NCBI GenBank assembly: GCA_951406725.2
Contig: OX597831.1
Coordinates: forward strand, 52,018,001 to 52,082,000
Direction: 5' to 3'
Origin: Octopus vulgaris
Taxonomy: Eukaryota
Length of the DNA: 64,000 bases
Every line of letters begins with the position of its first letter. The stretch's first letter is position 1. The translations under genes were made by a program, and so were the position numbers. This document shows, one piece after another, positions 1 to 12,242 of this stretch. The notes beneath the pieces are model-generated. The model had not been told where the DNA came from and ran no database searches. It was given only the letters and a program-made list of their open reading frames with translations.

Positions 1-701
1 TACTGCGAGAGAGAGTTGAGAATATTATGATCAAAAGTGAATAAGTCTGATCAGATCTCGAGAAAATCTAACATTGTTTGAGGCAGATTCAGCTAGTCTC
101 ATTGAACATTTCCTAACCCAAGATGAGTGTTGGCTTCATCACTTTCAAATAAAGAAAGAATCCAAGCAGCTAAAACATCCTTCCCCATCTGCTCCAAAGA
201 AGGCCAAGGTTGTTTCATCTGCAGGGAAGGTGATGGCCTCAGTTTATGAGATGCAAGGGGCATTGTGTTTATTGACTATCTTCAAAATGGCTATCAAGAT
301 CAAATGTTCAGGAAAACAGACAAACAAGGGCTTGTTTCATTGGAACAATGCTCCAGCACACAAGTCCTTGGTTTCAATGGCTGCTTTACAGGACTGTGGC
401 TTTGAAGTGGTTGATCAGCCTTCCTATTTTCCTAATTTGGCCCCATTTGACCACTATCTGTTCTCCAATATGAAAAAACACTTGGCTGGAAATAAGTATC
501 ACGGTGATGATAATGTCATATCTGCTGTTGATGACATTTTTGACCAAGATGAAAGTTTCACCAAAGGGATCCAAGCACTGTAACACCAATGGAAGAATTG
601 TGTGGACCACAAGGATGACTATGTTGAAAAATAAACCTCATTTGGTCATATTCCATGAGAGTATCTTGGTCAGCCTATAAACTTTTCAGCCAATTTTTGT
701 A
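1..701 (+). mobile_element. Decayed mariner (IS630/Tc1/mariner) transposon, 3' part with transposase remnant
   Basis: ORF 74..583 contains KKAKVVSSAGKVMASV, HWNNAPAH (cf. HDNAPAH) and QPSYFPNLAPFDHYLFSNMKKHLAG (cf. HPPYSPDLAPSDYHLF). The catalytic residues are degraded, and a TIR-like end aaacttttcagcc lies near 680-700. Confidence 0.9.
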
Positions 702-720
702 AATGTTCTCTGAATTTTCT

Positions 721-1135
721 CTATCCTGTTCTTGTTCTAGCAATTACACTTTCAGTACATCTTTCTCCATTGCTATTCAGGTCCCCTAAATAGCAGAAAT
801 TATCCTCTACCTCTAGAGAGCCTCTAAGAAAATCGGTTTCCTTTGTGTCTATAGACTTTATGGCTCTTGTGCATCTTCCACATACAAACACTGTTTTCTC
901 TGTCAACCTTCCTATTATTCCACAGTACCTCTTGCACTGTGTACACACTATGGAATTCCTGCATACACCTTACCTACATATTGAGCAGGGCAATTTACAT
1001 GAAGTGGGTAGGGTTTTGTCTGTTTGCTTGCTAACTAGAACTGAAATTTCTTTCCTAGTTTTGTTACAGAATCTGCTACAAGAGCAAGATCATCAGCATA
1101 TAGTAGTTCCCAAGAGCAGCTGGTCTTGAATTCCT
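721..1135 (-). mobile_element. Old RTE-clade LINE fragment
   Basis: The peptide CTQCK...FVCGRCT...LEVEDNFCYLGD...CTESVIARTR aligns by eye with the zinc-finger/thumb region of the RTE ORF at 52725..54932. Confidence 0.85.
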
Positions 1136-1396
1136 TTGCTATTATCATTTTTTGCAATTTACTTAATCATTGACATTTTATTGTTATTTTAATTTTAATA
1201 TTTCTATTATATATAATTTTCTAGGTTGTGTAATTTAATTCTTCATTTTGAATTGATAAAAGGTGGGTTTTTTCTAATTTTTTCTGTATATATTATATTG
1301 TGTGAAACTTGATTTAGTATTTCTAAATTGAATTTTTTTTCCTTGTAAGTTTGGATTTTATTCTCTCAATTAATAATTATATATATATATACACAC

Positions 1397-1610
1397 ATAA
1401 GAGGGATGACCACTAAGTGAACATCCATTATGCTACAAGTAGACCCCCTATGGTCTTACCACTAAGAAAGGATTGTTCTCAAGACAATTTAGCAAATGCC
1501 AGAATGTAAGCATTTGCTAAATTTTCTTGAGAACAATCCTTTCTTAGTGGTAAGACCATAGGGTCTACTTCTAGCATAATGGATGTCCACTTAGTGTTCA
1601 TCCCTCTTAT
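1397..1610. repeat. Long near-perfect inverted repeat (fold-back, arms about 100 bp)
   Basis: ataagagggatgaccactaagtgaacatcc...tttagcaaatgc is the reverse complement of gcatttgctaaa...ggatgtccacttagtgttcatccctcttat, with a loop of about 10 nt near 1500-1509. Confidence 0.95.
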
Positions 1611-1933
1611 ATGTATGTAATATAATTTTTCTGAATCTTCAGATTTTTCAATACACTAGACCACTGGTTTTGAATTGATATTAATGAATTTAGTATTCAA
1701 TTTTTCACCCTTATTATTTTAAATTTATATATATATATATATATAAATTTAAAGGTCATTCCCAAGCCATTGGATCATAAGGCTGGTTTCTGGGATACTG
1801 TGGTGTATATATTCCCTTCTTGAGAGGACACTGGTCCATTGCAGGATTGCTTGTTTTAGCCAGCTGAGTTTTCTGAGTTTTACCTGCAGTTGCATTGTAT
1901 CCCCAGACAAGTTATAGCTCGCCTGTATAAATT

Positions 1934-1966
<33 letters not shown>

Positions 1967-2266
1967 GCAGAATAAGAAATAGAAAACCCTTGGTACAGTA
2001 TTATATATTTGAAAAAGTTAATTGAAACAGCTTTTCTGAAAATTTGTCCACTTTGATAATTAGATGAAAAGTCATTTATATTCATTTTTTCAAATATATA
2101 TATATGCATATGTTTTTATATATATATCTGAGTGTGTGTGAGTGTGATGTTCCTTTCTGTTGAAAAGCTTCGGCTTGAAACATAAATGACCTTCTCACCT
2201 TCCCAACCATCAAACTAATACACCTGTTTGTCGTTTATACACCTGTCTTCGTCTTTTGTTTCTCTG

Positions 2267-2269
<3 letters not shown>

Positions 2270-2318
<49 letters not shown>

Positions 2319-2350
2319 AGAGAGAGAGAGAGTGTGTGTGTGTGTGTGTG
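2270..2350. repeat. Compound (TA)n-(GA)n-(GT)n microsatellite
   Basis: Directly visible. Confidence 0.95.
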
Positions 2351-2600
2351 TTAGCTGTGGTGTACAGATATTGAATATTGAGAAAAAAGGTTGCCAGAAT
2401 TTTGGAAAAAATTTTTTTTATTTATTCATTATTATTAGCATTTTCCTTTGTTTCTTGAACTTGTCAAACAGAATTTTGTGTACATACAACCAGCTTGTTC
2501 CTTTTTTTTAAATAGATGTTTTTGGGAGGTTTTGTTTAGAAGAGGAGAACATTGTTTTTGATTTTTTTAGGTGAGGTTGCATGGAGATAGATACTTAGAA

Positions 2601-2619
2601 AGATAGATAGGTAGGTAGG

Positions 2620-2667
<48 letters not shown>
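2601..2667. repeat. (GATA)n/(GGTA)n microsatellite
   Basis: Directly visible. Confidence 0.95.
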
Positions 2668-2906
2668 AGGGGGAGAGGAGGGGAAGGGGGATCCTCCTTC
2701 CTATTCACCATTCATTTAGTCATTTAGTCATTTTCCATCGTATTGAAATGGGTTTAAGGATGGTGACCTCTTCAAAAAAAAAAAACAGGTGTGGTGTGGT
2801 CATCACTGAAAGCCTTTTTGCTTTCTTTCTCTCTTTTTTCCTCTTCTTCCTTTTTTCCTTTTTCTCCTCTTTCCTTCTTTTTCCTCTTTCTTTCATTTTT
2901 TCCTCT

Positions 2907-4905
2907 TTGAGTTATATTTAGAATACAAAATGTACTCTCTCCACTTTTAGAAACTTTTAGTTTTGGTGAGAATTTATTGATGAAATGTAGTTCTGAATAT
3001 TTACAGAGATGAGCATTATGTTTCCAATATTTGAGTTATATTTTAGAATACAAAATGTGCTACCTCTGCTTTTCTTTCAAACATTCAATTTTGGAGAGAA
3101 TCTTTTGATGAAATGCAGTTCCATTGCATTTCGATATTGTGGATTGTCCTGTGCACATTTGTAAAAGAGAAAAATTTTGAATTTTCCATCGCTGCATATT
3201 TCCAGATGCTTACTTAATGGAATCTTGCACAATTCCTCTTGTTGGATATGTTGCCTGTTGATTCTTGCACGTTGGCAGAGGGAATTATTTATTTTGTCAA
3301 TGTAATTTTCTTTGCAGTTTGGGCAGGTAATGCAGTATATAAGGTTTTGTGTTTTGCAGTTCATATCTGCATTTATTTTGAAAAGGGGTCTGTTCTTGAA
3401 TTTTATGTGGGAACCACTTTCTAAGTTATTTAAAGCTGATGTTCCATGTTTCACATCTATCTCCACAGTCTTTTACTAAGAATTCTGATTCATTCTCCAA
3501 TTTGAATTCTGCCCTTGTGAGGTGTTTTTTAAGATTTTTTGATTGACGTCTACTATTCCATAAGGTGTTTTTTTTTCGATCAGATTTTTCATTTTGGAGC
3601 TTTGTTGGAGTATAGGTAAGTTTGATTTTATGGCATGAAAGATGTTGGTTATTCCAGGACTATGTGTATTAACAAACAGAATCATGTTTTCATTAACTTT
3701 TTCCTTAGGTGTCCATAGTTGGGTGGTGCTCAGTTTCATTGCCTTTTTAATTCCCTCATTAATTAATCCTAAGGGGTATTTCTGCATTGTGAAGAAGCCA
3801 TTGAGTTTGTTGAATCAGATTTCCCATATTTTGGGGTCAGTCACTATAGCACAGATGCATCTTGCCATGCTGAATGGGATGTTTCTTTTGATGTGTGATG
3901 GATGGCAAGAGTAGAAATTTAAATATTGGTGTGTGTCAGTTTTTTTGTAAAATATGTCTCTTGTGACTGTGGAGTTCTGTATTTTTATGTGGATATCCAA
4001 GAATGGTAATTCATTGCATCTGGATTCTGTCGTGAATTTGATGGATGGGTGAAGTGTGTTCAGTATATTGTTAAATATACTTAGATCTTCATTCGATCTG
4101 TCCCAGAAGATGAAGCAATCATCAAGGAAGTGTTTCCACTTTTTAATATATTTCTTGTACTCATGATCAAAAGATTTTTCTACTTCCTCATTAAGTTTTT
4201 CTTCCAAGTATCCCATAACTAAGTTTGCATATGAGGGCACAAACCATGTACCCATAGCCATGCCCCTTATCTGCTGATATGTTTTATTGTTGAATCTAAA
4301 GGTGTTTTCTTCTAGTACTAGGTGTGTGGCCTTGATGATAAAATCAGTCTTGAAGCGTTCATTTATCCGTCTTTATCTAGTGTTTCTCTATCTAGTGTTT
4401 TATTGCTTCCAGGCCTAAAGTGTAGGTATATTAGTATAGAGATTGGCAACATCAAAACTTGTAAGTATAGTACCTTCTGCGACAGTAGGAGGGATGTGTT
4501 GGATGAAATCTATGCCATTCCATACATAATTAGGTATTAAAGGGCGCAAAGGTTTTAGGAGTTAGTTGTTGTGTTGGTGCTTGAGGTCCAGCAACTATTG
4601 GTCTTAGTTTGAGGTTAGCAGGCGTTAGTATTTTTACGTGCTGGTTCTTCAGCTTATTTATGGCACTTTGTATTTCGGAGTTTTTGTGGATTTTGGGCAA
4701 TCTGTAGAAATTGCTCTCTTTGATTACAGAGTTGCATATGTAATCTTTCTCCTTGTCTGTGAAGGAATCTTGGAATTCATTGATTAGTCTTCTGATTTTA
4801 TTCATTATTGTTTTTTTTTCTGGGTGTCTTGGCTCTTCCTTGTAGTAGGTTTGGTTTACTAACATTTCTAATATTTTATCTTTATAATAGTCCTTGTCCA
4901 TGATT
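2907..4905 (-). mobile_element. Penelope-like retroelement (RT followed by GIY-YIG endonuclease), frameshifted and 5'-truncated
   Basis: Consecutive minus-strand ORFs give IVIMDK..FYRLPKIHK..LRPIVAG (4530..4900), AMGT..SYANLVMG..FLDDCF..LPFLDI..IFYKKTDTHQYLNFYSCHPSHIKRNIP (3815..4261) and NLIYCITCPNCKENYID (GIY-YIG, 3077..3466). The 3' end is partly duplicated at 2907..2993 versus 3030..3121. Confidence 0.93.
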
Positions 4906-4914
4906 ACAATACAT

Positions 4915-4960
<46 letters not shown>

Positions 4961-5081
4961 AAAAAGGATGAAAGGTCATTCCCAACCCTTAGGCTTGTAA
5001 CGACCATGCAAAGCAAGGTGATGAGAATGGCTCCTTAGTACATCACATGGTCAATACAATAAAAAAAAAATAATGCATATA

Positions 5082-5942
5082 TGTGAGCCAGAGGGAAAAG
5101 AGAGGCACAACAGGGTAGAATGTTTAAGAGAAAGATTTATTGATATGTTAACGTGACTGTGTGTGCATCATGTATACAGAATAATAGACAGGCCATCATG
5201 AGAACAAAGTATATGTGTCTGTATAGGCATGGATGTATGCATGTGCATTAAGTACAGATAAGAATAGTAATGAAGAAGAAATACATTGAAAGAGTCTATA
5301 ATGAGAAGTTAGAAGAATGTTCATAGACACAAGAATGAGAATACCAGTTTGTATTTAATTGTACACAATAGTTGAAATACTGTATCAAGAAGTTGCGGCG
5401 ATGATGCTGAGCCAATTGTGGTACATGTCATACATGAAGTTGTGGCTGCAATGCTGCTGCCTGGGTTACTTGGTACAGGAGTTCTCGCAGGCTGTATATT
5501 TGCTGTTGATCCATAGTGAAGTAATTCACAAACAATACTGTATTGAAACCTGGGCGAGTTGCTGGTTGCTGTGTATGTAGAGAAATGATGTTGATGACGT
5601 TAAGAAGATCATAGTGGCGATGAAGAAAGAGATTGCCATATGCTGTTGGATGGGTGTTGTCGTTGGAACTGGCTGTCTTGTGTGGTCAGTGGCTAGACGT
5701 TAAAAGGTCTGGAACCAAAGACTTCGAGATGATGAGAAGCTGGAGTTTTATAAGAAGTTGTAGGCTCAAAGCTGGGTATAAAACAGGCTGTTACATGTGA
5801 CCTTATTTGAAGGCTGTGATTAGTTGGGTTGCATATTGGCACACAATAGAGCAAGAGACAAATTGTGCCAATACCAACCAATCAGAGTAGTGGAGACAAC
5901 AGGGTCCAAAATGCACCCAAAGGCTAGCTGTTATCTATTACA
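5082..5942 (-). mobile_element. Solo-LTR-like element
   Basis: TG...CA ends. On the minus strand the order is CCAAT-box region (5878), TATAAAA (about 5750), AATAAA (5136..5141). No clean TSD. Confidence 0.45.
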
Positions 5943-6249
5943 TTCATATGTATGTATATATATAATAGAGAGGAGAGGAATTTCACTCAAGTGTATGCTA
6001 CAGGCTCATAAAGTCAGATTCCCAGATTCTGTGGCATATATAATATACCACTGGATGAGATGCCAACCCATTGCAGTATAACTTGTTTTTGCTGATTTTG
6101 CTGGCTGAGTGGACTGGAACAACATGAAATGAAGTGCTTTGTTCAAGAACACAACACATCGCTTGGTCCAGGAATTGAAACTGCAATGCTATTGTCATGA
6201 GTGAAACACTCTAACCAGTAAGCCACATATCTCTACATCTCTCTCTCTC

Positions 6250-6333
6250 TTTACCTATCTATCCATCTATTGATCTTTTTACCTACCTACCTACCCCTGC
6301 CTGCCTACCTGCCTACCTACTTACCTACCTATC

Positions 6334-6395
<62 letters not shown>

Positions 6396-6460
6396 CCTAC
6401 CTACCTACCTACCTACCTACCTACCTACTTACCTACCTACCTACTTACCTATCTACCTAG
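6250..6460. repeat. (CTAC)n/(CTAT)n tetranucleotide microsatellite
   Basis: Directly visible; it explains the spurious LPTY/LSIY ORF. Confidence 0.95.
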
Positions 6461-8183
6461 CTAGCTAGCCAGCCTGAGACAACATACATTACCGCTAGAG
6501 CCACCAGTTTATTTATGTAACAAAAGCTGTTTCTTGGAAGCCTCCCAAGCATTAAAAAAATTGAGTGCACTTGAGATTCAGGTAAATGATGTCATATAAT
6601 AGGATTCAATTAGGGATCTCAAAATTGCAAAGTGAACTCCTTAACCAATTAACCATGCTATGTCCACACAAGTTGGATTAGCCTCCTCCTCCTCCTTTTA
6701 GCATTCAGATTATCCTGTGAAATGTAATGCTTATTTATGCACATTGCTTTTTATTTATCAAGCACTGTCTTGTAGCTCTGAGATTTCAACGATATAATTG
6801 TTTGTTTTCAGACTGACATTGGATGGTAAGTGTGAAGGGCTGGATATGGCCAGTTTGAACATGAAACGGGTAGAATATTTGGGCCTGATATGATCAGTTT
6901 AAATACTAAAGTGTTAAAAGTGATTTTACTGAATCCTTCCAGGTTCTTCTTCCTCATCATGCAGCTCAGTGGCTTAGAGTGTTTGCTTTTGTGTTTTCTA
7001 TTGCACTGAAAGTAGTCTACGTAATACATGCACCGTACTTAGTTATACTGTTTTCTGTATGTTGAGTGTAATTACAAGTTACTGAGGTGTTGGATATGCA
7101 TCTGTCTGCATTTTAAAAAATTATTCTAAGGCATTCATTATTTTAGGGATTGTTTAACCCCTACACTCCTGTTATTTCTATTTCCAGATTTTTATATTTG
7201 ACTAATTTTTCCAGTTCTTTTAGAGATACATTACAGGCTTGCCATTGGGATCAATACTTCAATAGTTTCAATCACATACCTGATGGGTCAGGGGTGAAGC
7301 ATATGTGCTGCCAAAAATAGTAAGCATGGAAATGGTAGAGGTATGGAGGTAGGGGTGTTGGGTCATATGTGGGTGTGTGTTGGGTATGGTTATCAATATT
7401 TTTGCGAATGTTATATTTTTTGGTATATAACAGCTAGTTCTCTAATTATTGTTGCTAATGTCTTTTCTCATACCCTACATTCATCTTATGTGAAGGTACA
7501 AGCAATAGTAGTTTGGATTTGAATCCACAATCATTAGGTTGTAAGTTCAATTCTTGGGCTGGGTGGTGTGCTATTTTCTTGAATGGGGTTCTTTATTTCA
7601 CACTATTTCAAATAACTCAACTGAAAGTGCATGCTAGTCATACATAGAAGTTAACTGTATGCTAAACTGGTGTCCTGATAAGGGGGAAGCCTTGTAATTT
7701 TGACTGCTTAAGCATAACATAACTGAAAAAAAATCCTGCCTGATGAGTTTAAAGGTTTGAGACAAATATAAGCTTTTAGGTTTAAATCTGTCTTATTTCC
7801 ATTTCAAGTATGTTGTCCTTTGATATTTTCTTGACCTTTTTTTCTTAACAAAAAGGGTTTGAGATGGTATTTTCTTGACCTTTTTTTCTTAACAGAAGGG
7901 GTTGAGATGGTTATCAGAGAACAGAGGTTTTCATTTCTAACTTTAAGAGTATTCCGTGAAAAATATGTCTGGCCATGGAAAAATATTAACTTGCTTGGAA
8001 ACATTAATGGCATCCAACTGTAGAAAATCTGCCTTCACAAATTCCAAGTATGGAAAAGTGGATGTTAAATGATGATGTATAGTTATATCTGAATGGTTCA
8101 AATTGATTTCTTCACCAGTTTGGATAAACATGTGGAGACAGATATGTCTGGATACATGATTGCAGATAGTTCATTGTCATATA

Positions 8184-8414
8184 TATTTCTTTACTACCCA
8201 CAAGGGGCTAAACACAGAGGAGACAAACAAGGACAGACAAACGGATTAAGTCGATTACATCGACCCCAGTGTGTAACTGGTACTTAATTTATCGACCCCG
8301 GAAGGATGAAAGGCAAAGTCGACCTCAGCGGAATTTGAACTCAGAACGTAACGGCAGACGAAATACGGCAACGCATTTCGCCCGGTGTGCTAACATTTCT
8401 GCCAGCTCGCCGCC
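8184..8414 (-). mobile_element. tRNA-derived SINE (family B, with gcctttcatcctttcggggtcgataaa core), full length with 14-bp TSD
   Basis: TSD ttcattgtcatata at 8170..8183 and 8415..8428. Near-identical copies at about 28895, 31480, 56166 and 58448, plus many decayed ones. Confidence 0.92.
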
Positions 8415-8454
8415 TTCATTGTCATATACTGTTGTTTGGTGCATGTTTGTGTAA

Positions 8455-8793
8455 AGGTGCATGGCTCAGTGGTTTGAGCGTCAGGCTCACAATCATGAGG
8501 TTGTGAGTTTGATTCCAGGACTGCGCAGTGAATTGTGTTCTTGAGCAAGACACTTTATTTCATGTTGCTCCAGTTCATTCATCTATAGAAATGAGTTGCA
8601 ATGTCACTGGTGCCAGGCTGTATCGGCCTTTGCCTTTCACTTAAATAACATTGGTAACGTACAGGGTGGGGTGCTGGTATGCATAAGCAACTGCTGGTCT
8701 TCCATAAACAACTTTGCCCAGACTTATGCCTCAAAGGGTAACTTTCTAGGTGCAATCCCATGGTCATTCATGACTGAAGAGGATCTTTACCCT
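8455..8793 (+). mobile_element. tRNA-derived SINE (family E)
   Basis: A-box tggctcagtgg, B-box-like gtttgattcc and body gtgttcttgagcaagacactttatttc. A second copy lies at about 33628..33906. Confidence 0.85.
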
Positions 8794-9762
8794 AGGTGCA
8801 TATTTATATTATTTCTTCACAGTTTACATAACAAAGGATCTGTACATGGGTAAATGGACAATTTACTAGAAATAGCAACCAAATCATATGTAATCATCTT
8901 AAAAGATGTGAGATTGTATTGGATAATGAAACCTTAGCTACATGGTATCTATGTTCAACAGCACCCCTGCACAATTAATTCTTGCATGTCAAAGTATGAA
9001 GTGTGGTCATCAGATAAGCAAAGCTATGATGTACTTGGAAGACTAACTGCGTGTCAAAGACCAGCTTGATCAGAGCTGACTTTGAGCTATACAACAACAT
9101 GGTAGGATGGTCAAGGCTGTAATGCCTTTGATCATAAATCTGTTTGATATCAGGACTGACTTTGTGGCTGGACAATATCGACACCAACAACAATAACAAT
9201 ATAAGATGGCTATAACTGGAGCACTCTTAATCATAGGTCAGTTAGAGCTAACCCCTGGGCTACACCACCACTGCTACCACTGTCACCACAGCCACTGCCA
9301 CCACCACAACCACCACCGCCATCATAACAACAACAACAACAACAACAGTAGCAGCAGTACCAGCAACAATAACTATAATACTGGGCTAGTGAATAATTAA
9401 TGACCATCTTATTTTATTTTGGTGTTTTATTTTCGAATAAATTTAGATTTAAAAAAAGACAGTCAATAATTATGCACCCATCCAATACAAAATGGATATA
9501 GCTTGAATCCTCTTGAAAATTGGTCTGTATTATCGGAAGTGACATGGGGGCTAAAGAACAGGAACTAGAACGTCAATAACAACAACAATAGCAATCAAGA
9601 GAGATAAGTTACAGTTGTACAGTGGCATATAGTGATAGTGATATTGAAGATGTACTGACATTAATAATCCAACCTTTTTCTAGATCAGTGGTTCCCAACC
9701 TTTTCACTACCAAAGACCCCTGTTATTTAAATGAGTTTTCCCATGGACCCCTTGTGTGTGTT

Positions 9763-9804
<42 letters not shown>

Positions 9805-9918
9805 TTTGAATTTAGTTCACTGACCCCCAGTGAAAATGGAGTAGAACTTCCAGATGATAAGTATATTAGAGAAGAGGAAAGAGAAGGATATAAACATCTT
9901 GCCATTTTACAGTTAGAC

Positions 9919-10027
9919 CAGTGTTTCTCAACCATTTTTTTTCATATGGACTCCTTTGATTCCTATTTACTTGGATGGACTCTCCCAGAAGTCCAAGGGC
10001 CATGTGGACCCAAGTTGAGAACCGCTG
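9919..10027. mobile_element. hAT (Charlie-type) MITE
   Basis: TIRs cagtgtttctcaac / gttgagaaccgctg; 8-bp TSD agttagac / agttacac (one mismatch). A related degenerate element starts at 9686 (cagtggttcccaacc). Confidence 0.8.
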
Positions 10028-10049
10028 AGTTACACCATTTGATGTATAC

Positions 10050-11208
10050 AAATATGAAGGACAAGATCACATTGCAGTACATGAAAAAAGCGAAGAAGCT
10101 AAAATGGAGGCAATTTGATCAGTGGCATTTATGCTTGGGCTGTAAGCATGGTCCACTACTGTGTGGGAGTTGTGGAACGGACAAAGGAGGAACTGATCAG
10201 CATGAACATAAGAACTAGAAAGATAATGACCATGCACAGATGCCTTCATAATAAATGTAATGTAATAAGGCTTATTTACCAAGGTAGGAGGGAAAGGATT
10301 GATTGGAATTGAGGAGAGTGTTAAGAAGGAGAGCAAATTATTGTCTTCCTGTTTTAGGGAGAGTGGTGAATGGATATTGCAGGCTGCACTGAATGTGGAG
10401 GTGATTAGTAGTGATTCAAAGAACCTCTGGGTGTACAAAAAGAGCACTTGTGAGGAAAATATAAGCAGATAGAAAGACTGGAAAGAGCATGTTCTACATG
10501 AAAAGTTGGTTCAACAAACATCAAATGTAGCTGATGAAGAATCCTGGAGATGGCAAAACCATGGATTTTTAAAGAAGGAGACAAAAGGTTGGTTCCTTCT
10601 ACACAAGAACAAGATTTCCAGACTAATGCAATCAATCAAGTACAGACAGCATTGAAATAGCAGGAACGCCTCTATGTAGTAAAGGCCAGACATGTAGTTT
10701 GTGGATGTTAAAAGGAGTAGAAAAAATGCCATCTCAAAGTTATATAGTGGGCACACTGGAAGATGTGTAAGAGATAAATACTAGAGTGTACTGACAAATC
10801 ATGCAAACACCAATCCTTGCTATATGCAGAAAATGATCAAGTGACACTCATGTGGGATTTGACAATCCACACAGATAAGAAGCTGCAACATGATTGATCA
10901 GATTTTACTCTCCTATGGAAAAAGACCAAAGAATGGATCCTTATTAACATAGCGGTACCTGCAGATCAGAACATTGTGAAGGTGGAAAATGAGGAAGTTG
11001 AAAGGCATCAAGATGTCATATTTGAAGAGAAGTATATTCATAGAGTCTCAAGAGAGAGTGTGATACCCACCATAATTGGTGCATTCAGAACCATCTCATG
11101 TAACAAAAGCCTTGTATGAGAAATTGGAATTACCAGACATCATTGTACCAACTGGCAACCATACTTAGAAAAGCACATGTGTTGAAGAAAGTATTGTATC
11201 TCTAAGCT
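10050..11208 (+). mobile_element. Decayed R4/Dong-like non-LTR retrotransposon, C-terminal region with restriction-like endonuclease remnant
   Basis: Translations include WAVSMVHYCVGVVERTKEELISMNIRTRKIMTMHRCLH and, downstream, ENDQVTLMWDLTIHTDKKL..ILINIAVPADQNI, typical of R4-clade thumb and RLE regions. Many stops and frameshifts. Confidence 0.75.
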
Positions 11209-11786
11209 GTAGGAAAGAACCACTGTTATTATATTTTTAAAGTGCACAGTTAACTGATAAGCAATAAGGAAGATATCTAGCTGTAAAGCAATCCACTTGT
11301 TCAAGATCTTAAAGTAGTTGTCATTGTGTTGCTCCAGATAAACTCCAATTGAGTAGACTTATGATCAAAGGCATTCCTCTCATGACCAACCAATCTTTTA
11401 TTCAGGCACAGTGGTTTCAAGATCACATCATCTAATGTATCTATCCTTTAAGACTGTAAAGTATGATGTGTGGGAAATTTGGCTGTTTATCTAGCAGCGT
11501 GAATCATCACAGAAGTATACTCATTAGCCTGAGGACAGACAAATAAAAAATGAACAAGGGGTATACTTATTTATAGTGGTTATCTAGTTGACATATGCAG
11601 TAGTAGGGAAATGATATGTAAATTTATGAATAGTGAAGAGAAAGGTATCTTAACTGCATAGCTTACGAGCAGTAATTTTATCAAAGGTCCTTCCTTTGAT
11701 GAAAGTACTGCTTGTGAGTTTTGATATGGAATATGGATATTTAACCTTTTTCAATAGATAGAATACTGAATAAAGAGTTAAAGTAC

Positions 11787-12242
11787 TGTAGTGAGTCAGG
11801 AAAGCTATTTGTGTTGCCACAGCATAGCACAGTTGTGCTATGGCATTCTCCAGCCAATCAGGGCTGAACGCATAGGAATACAAAAGGCAGTTATTTGACC
11901 TATCAGAAAAATGGGAGTTTTAAATAGTTGGTGAAAAGACAGCATAGCAGCAACATTTCTTCTTTCAACATGAAACAGTATTTGTTCTACACCAACTAGG
12001 AATTATATTGGTTCTTGACTTGTCACCTCCTGAACAGCCTAGTTCATTTATGCTAACTTTGCTACCCGAAAATCTGGATGACATCAGCCACAACCCTGCC
12101 TCATAATGAACTGTATATTTTTGTTTAAGCTAGCTTCATTCCTATTAGCTTGCAACGGCCCGCAATGCTTTACCTGACTCACACATACAGGCTACACATC
12201 TTGCTACTTGTCAGCTCTCATTCCTATTTTAATAAAGTTACA
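11787..12242 (+). mobile_element. LTR-like or TIR element
   Basis: Begins tgtagtgagtcaggaaagc, with an inverted copy gctttacctgactcacaca at 12167..12185. Contains CCAAT (about 11854), a TATA-like run (about 11918) and AATAAA (12231) followed by ...gttaca. No TSD. Confidence 0.4.

Noticed and set aside
7826-7912. 44-bp tandem duplication
   Set aside because: Real, but an ordinary local slippage event with no functional context.
11650-11883. 77-aa minus-strand ORF as a divergent gene
   Set aside because: TTG start, no recognisable homology, and it overlaps a repeat-like element.
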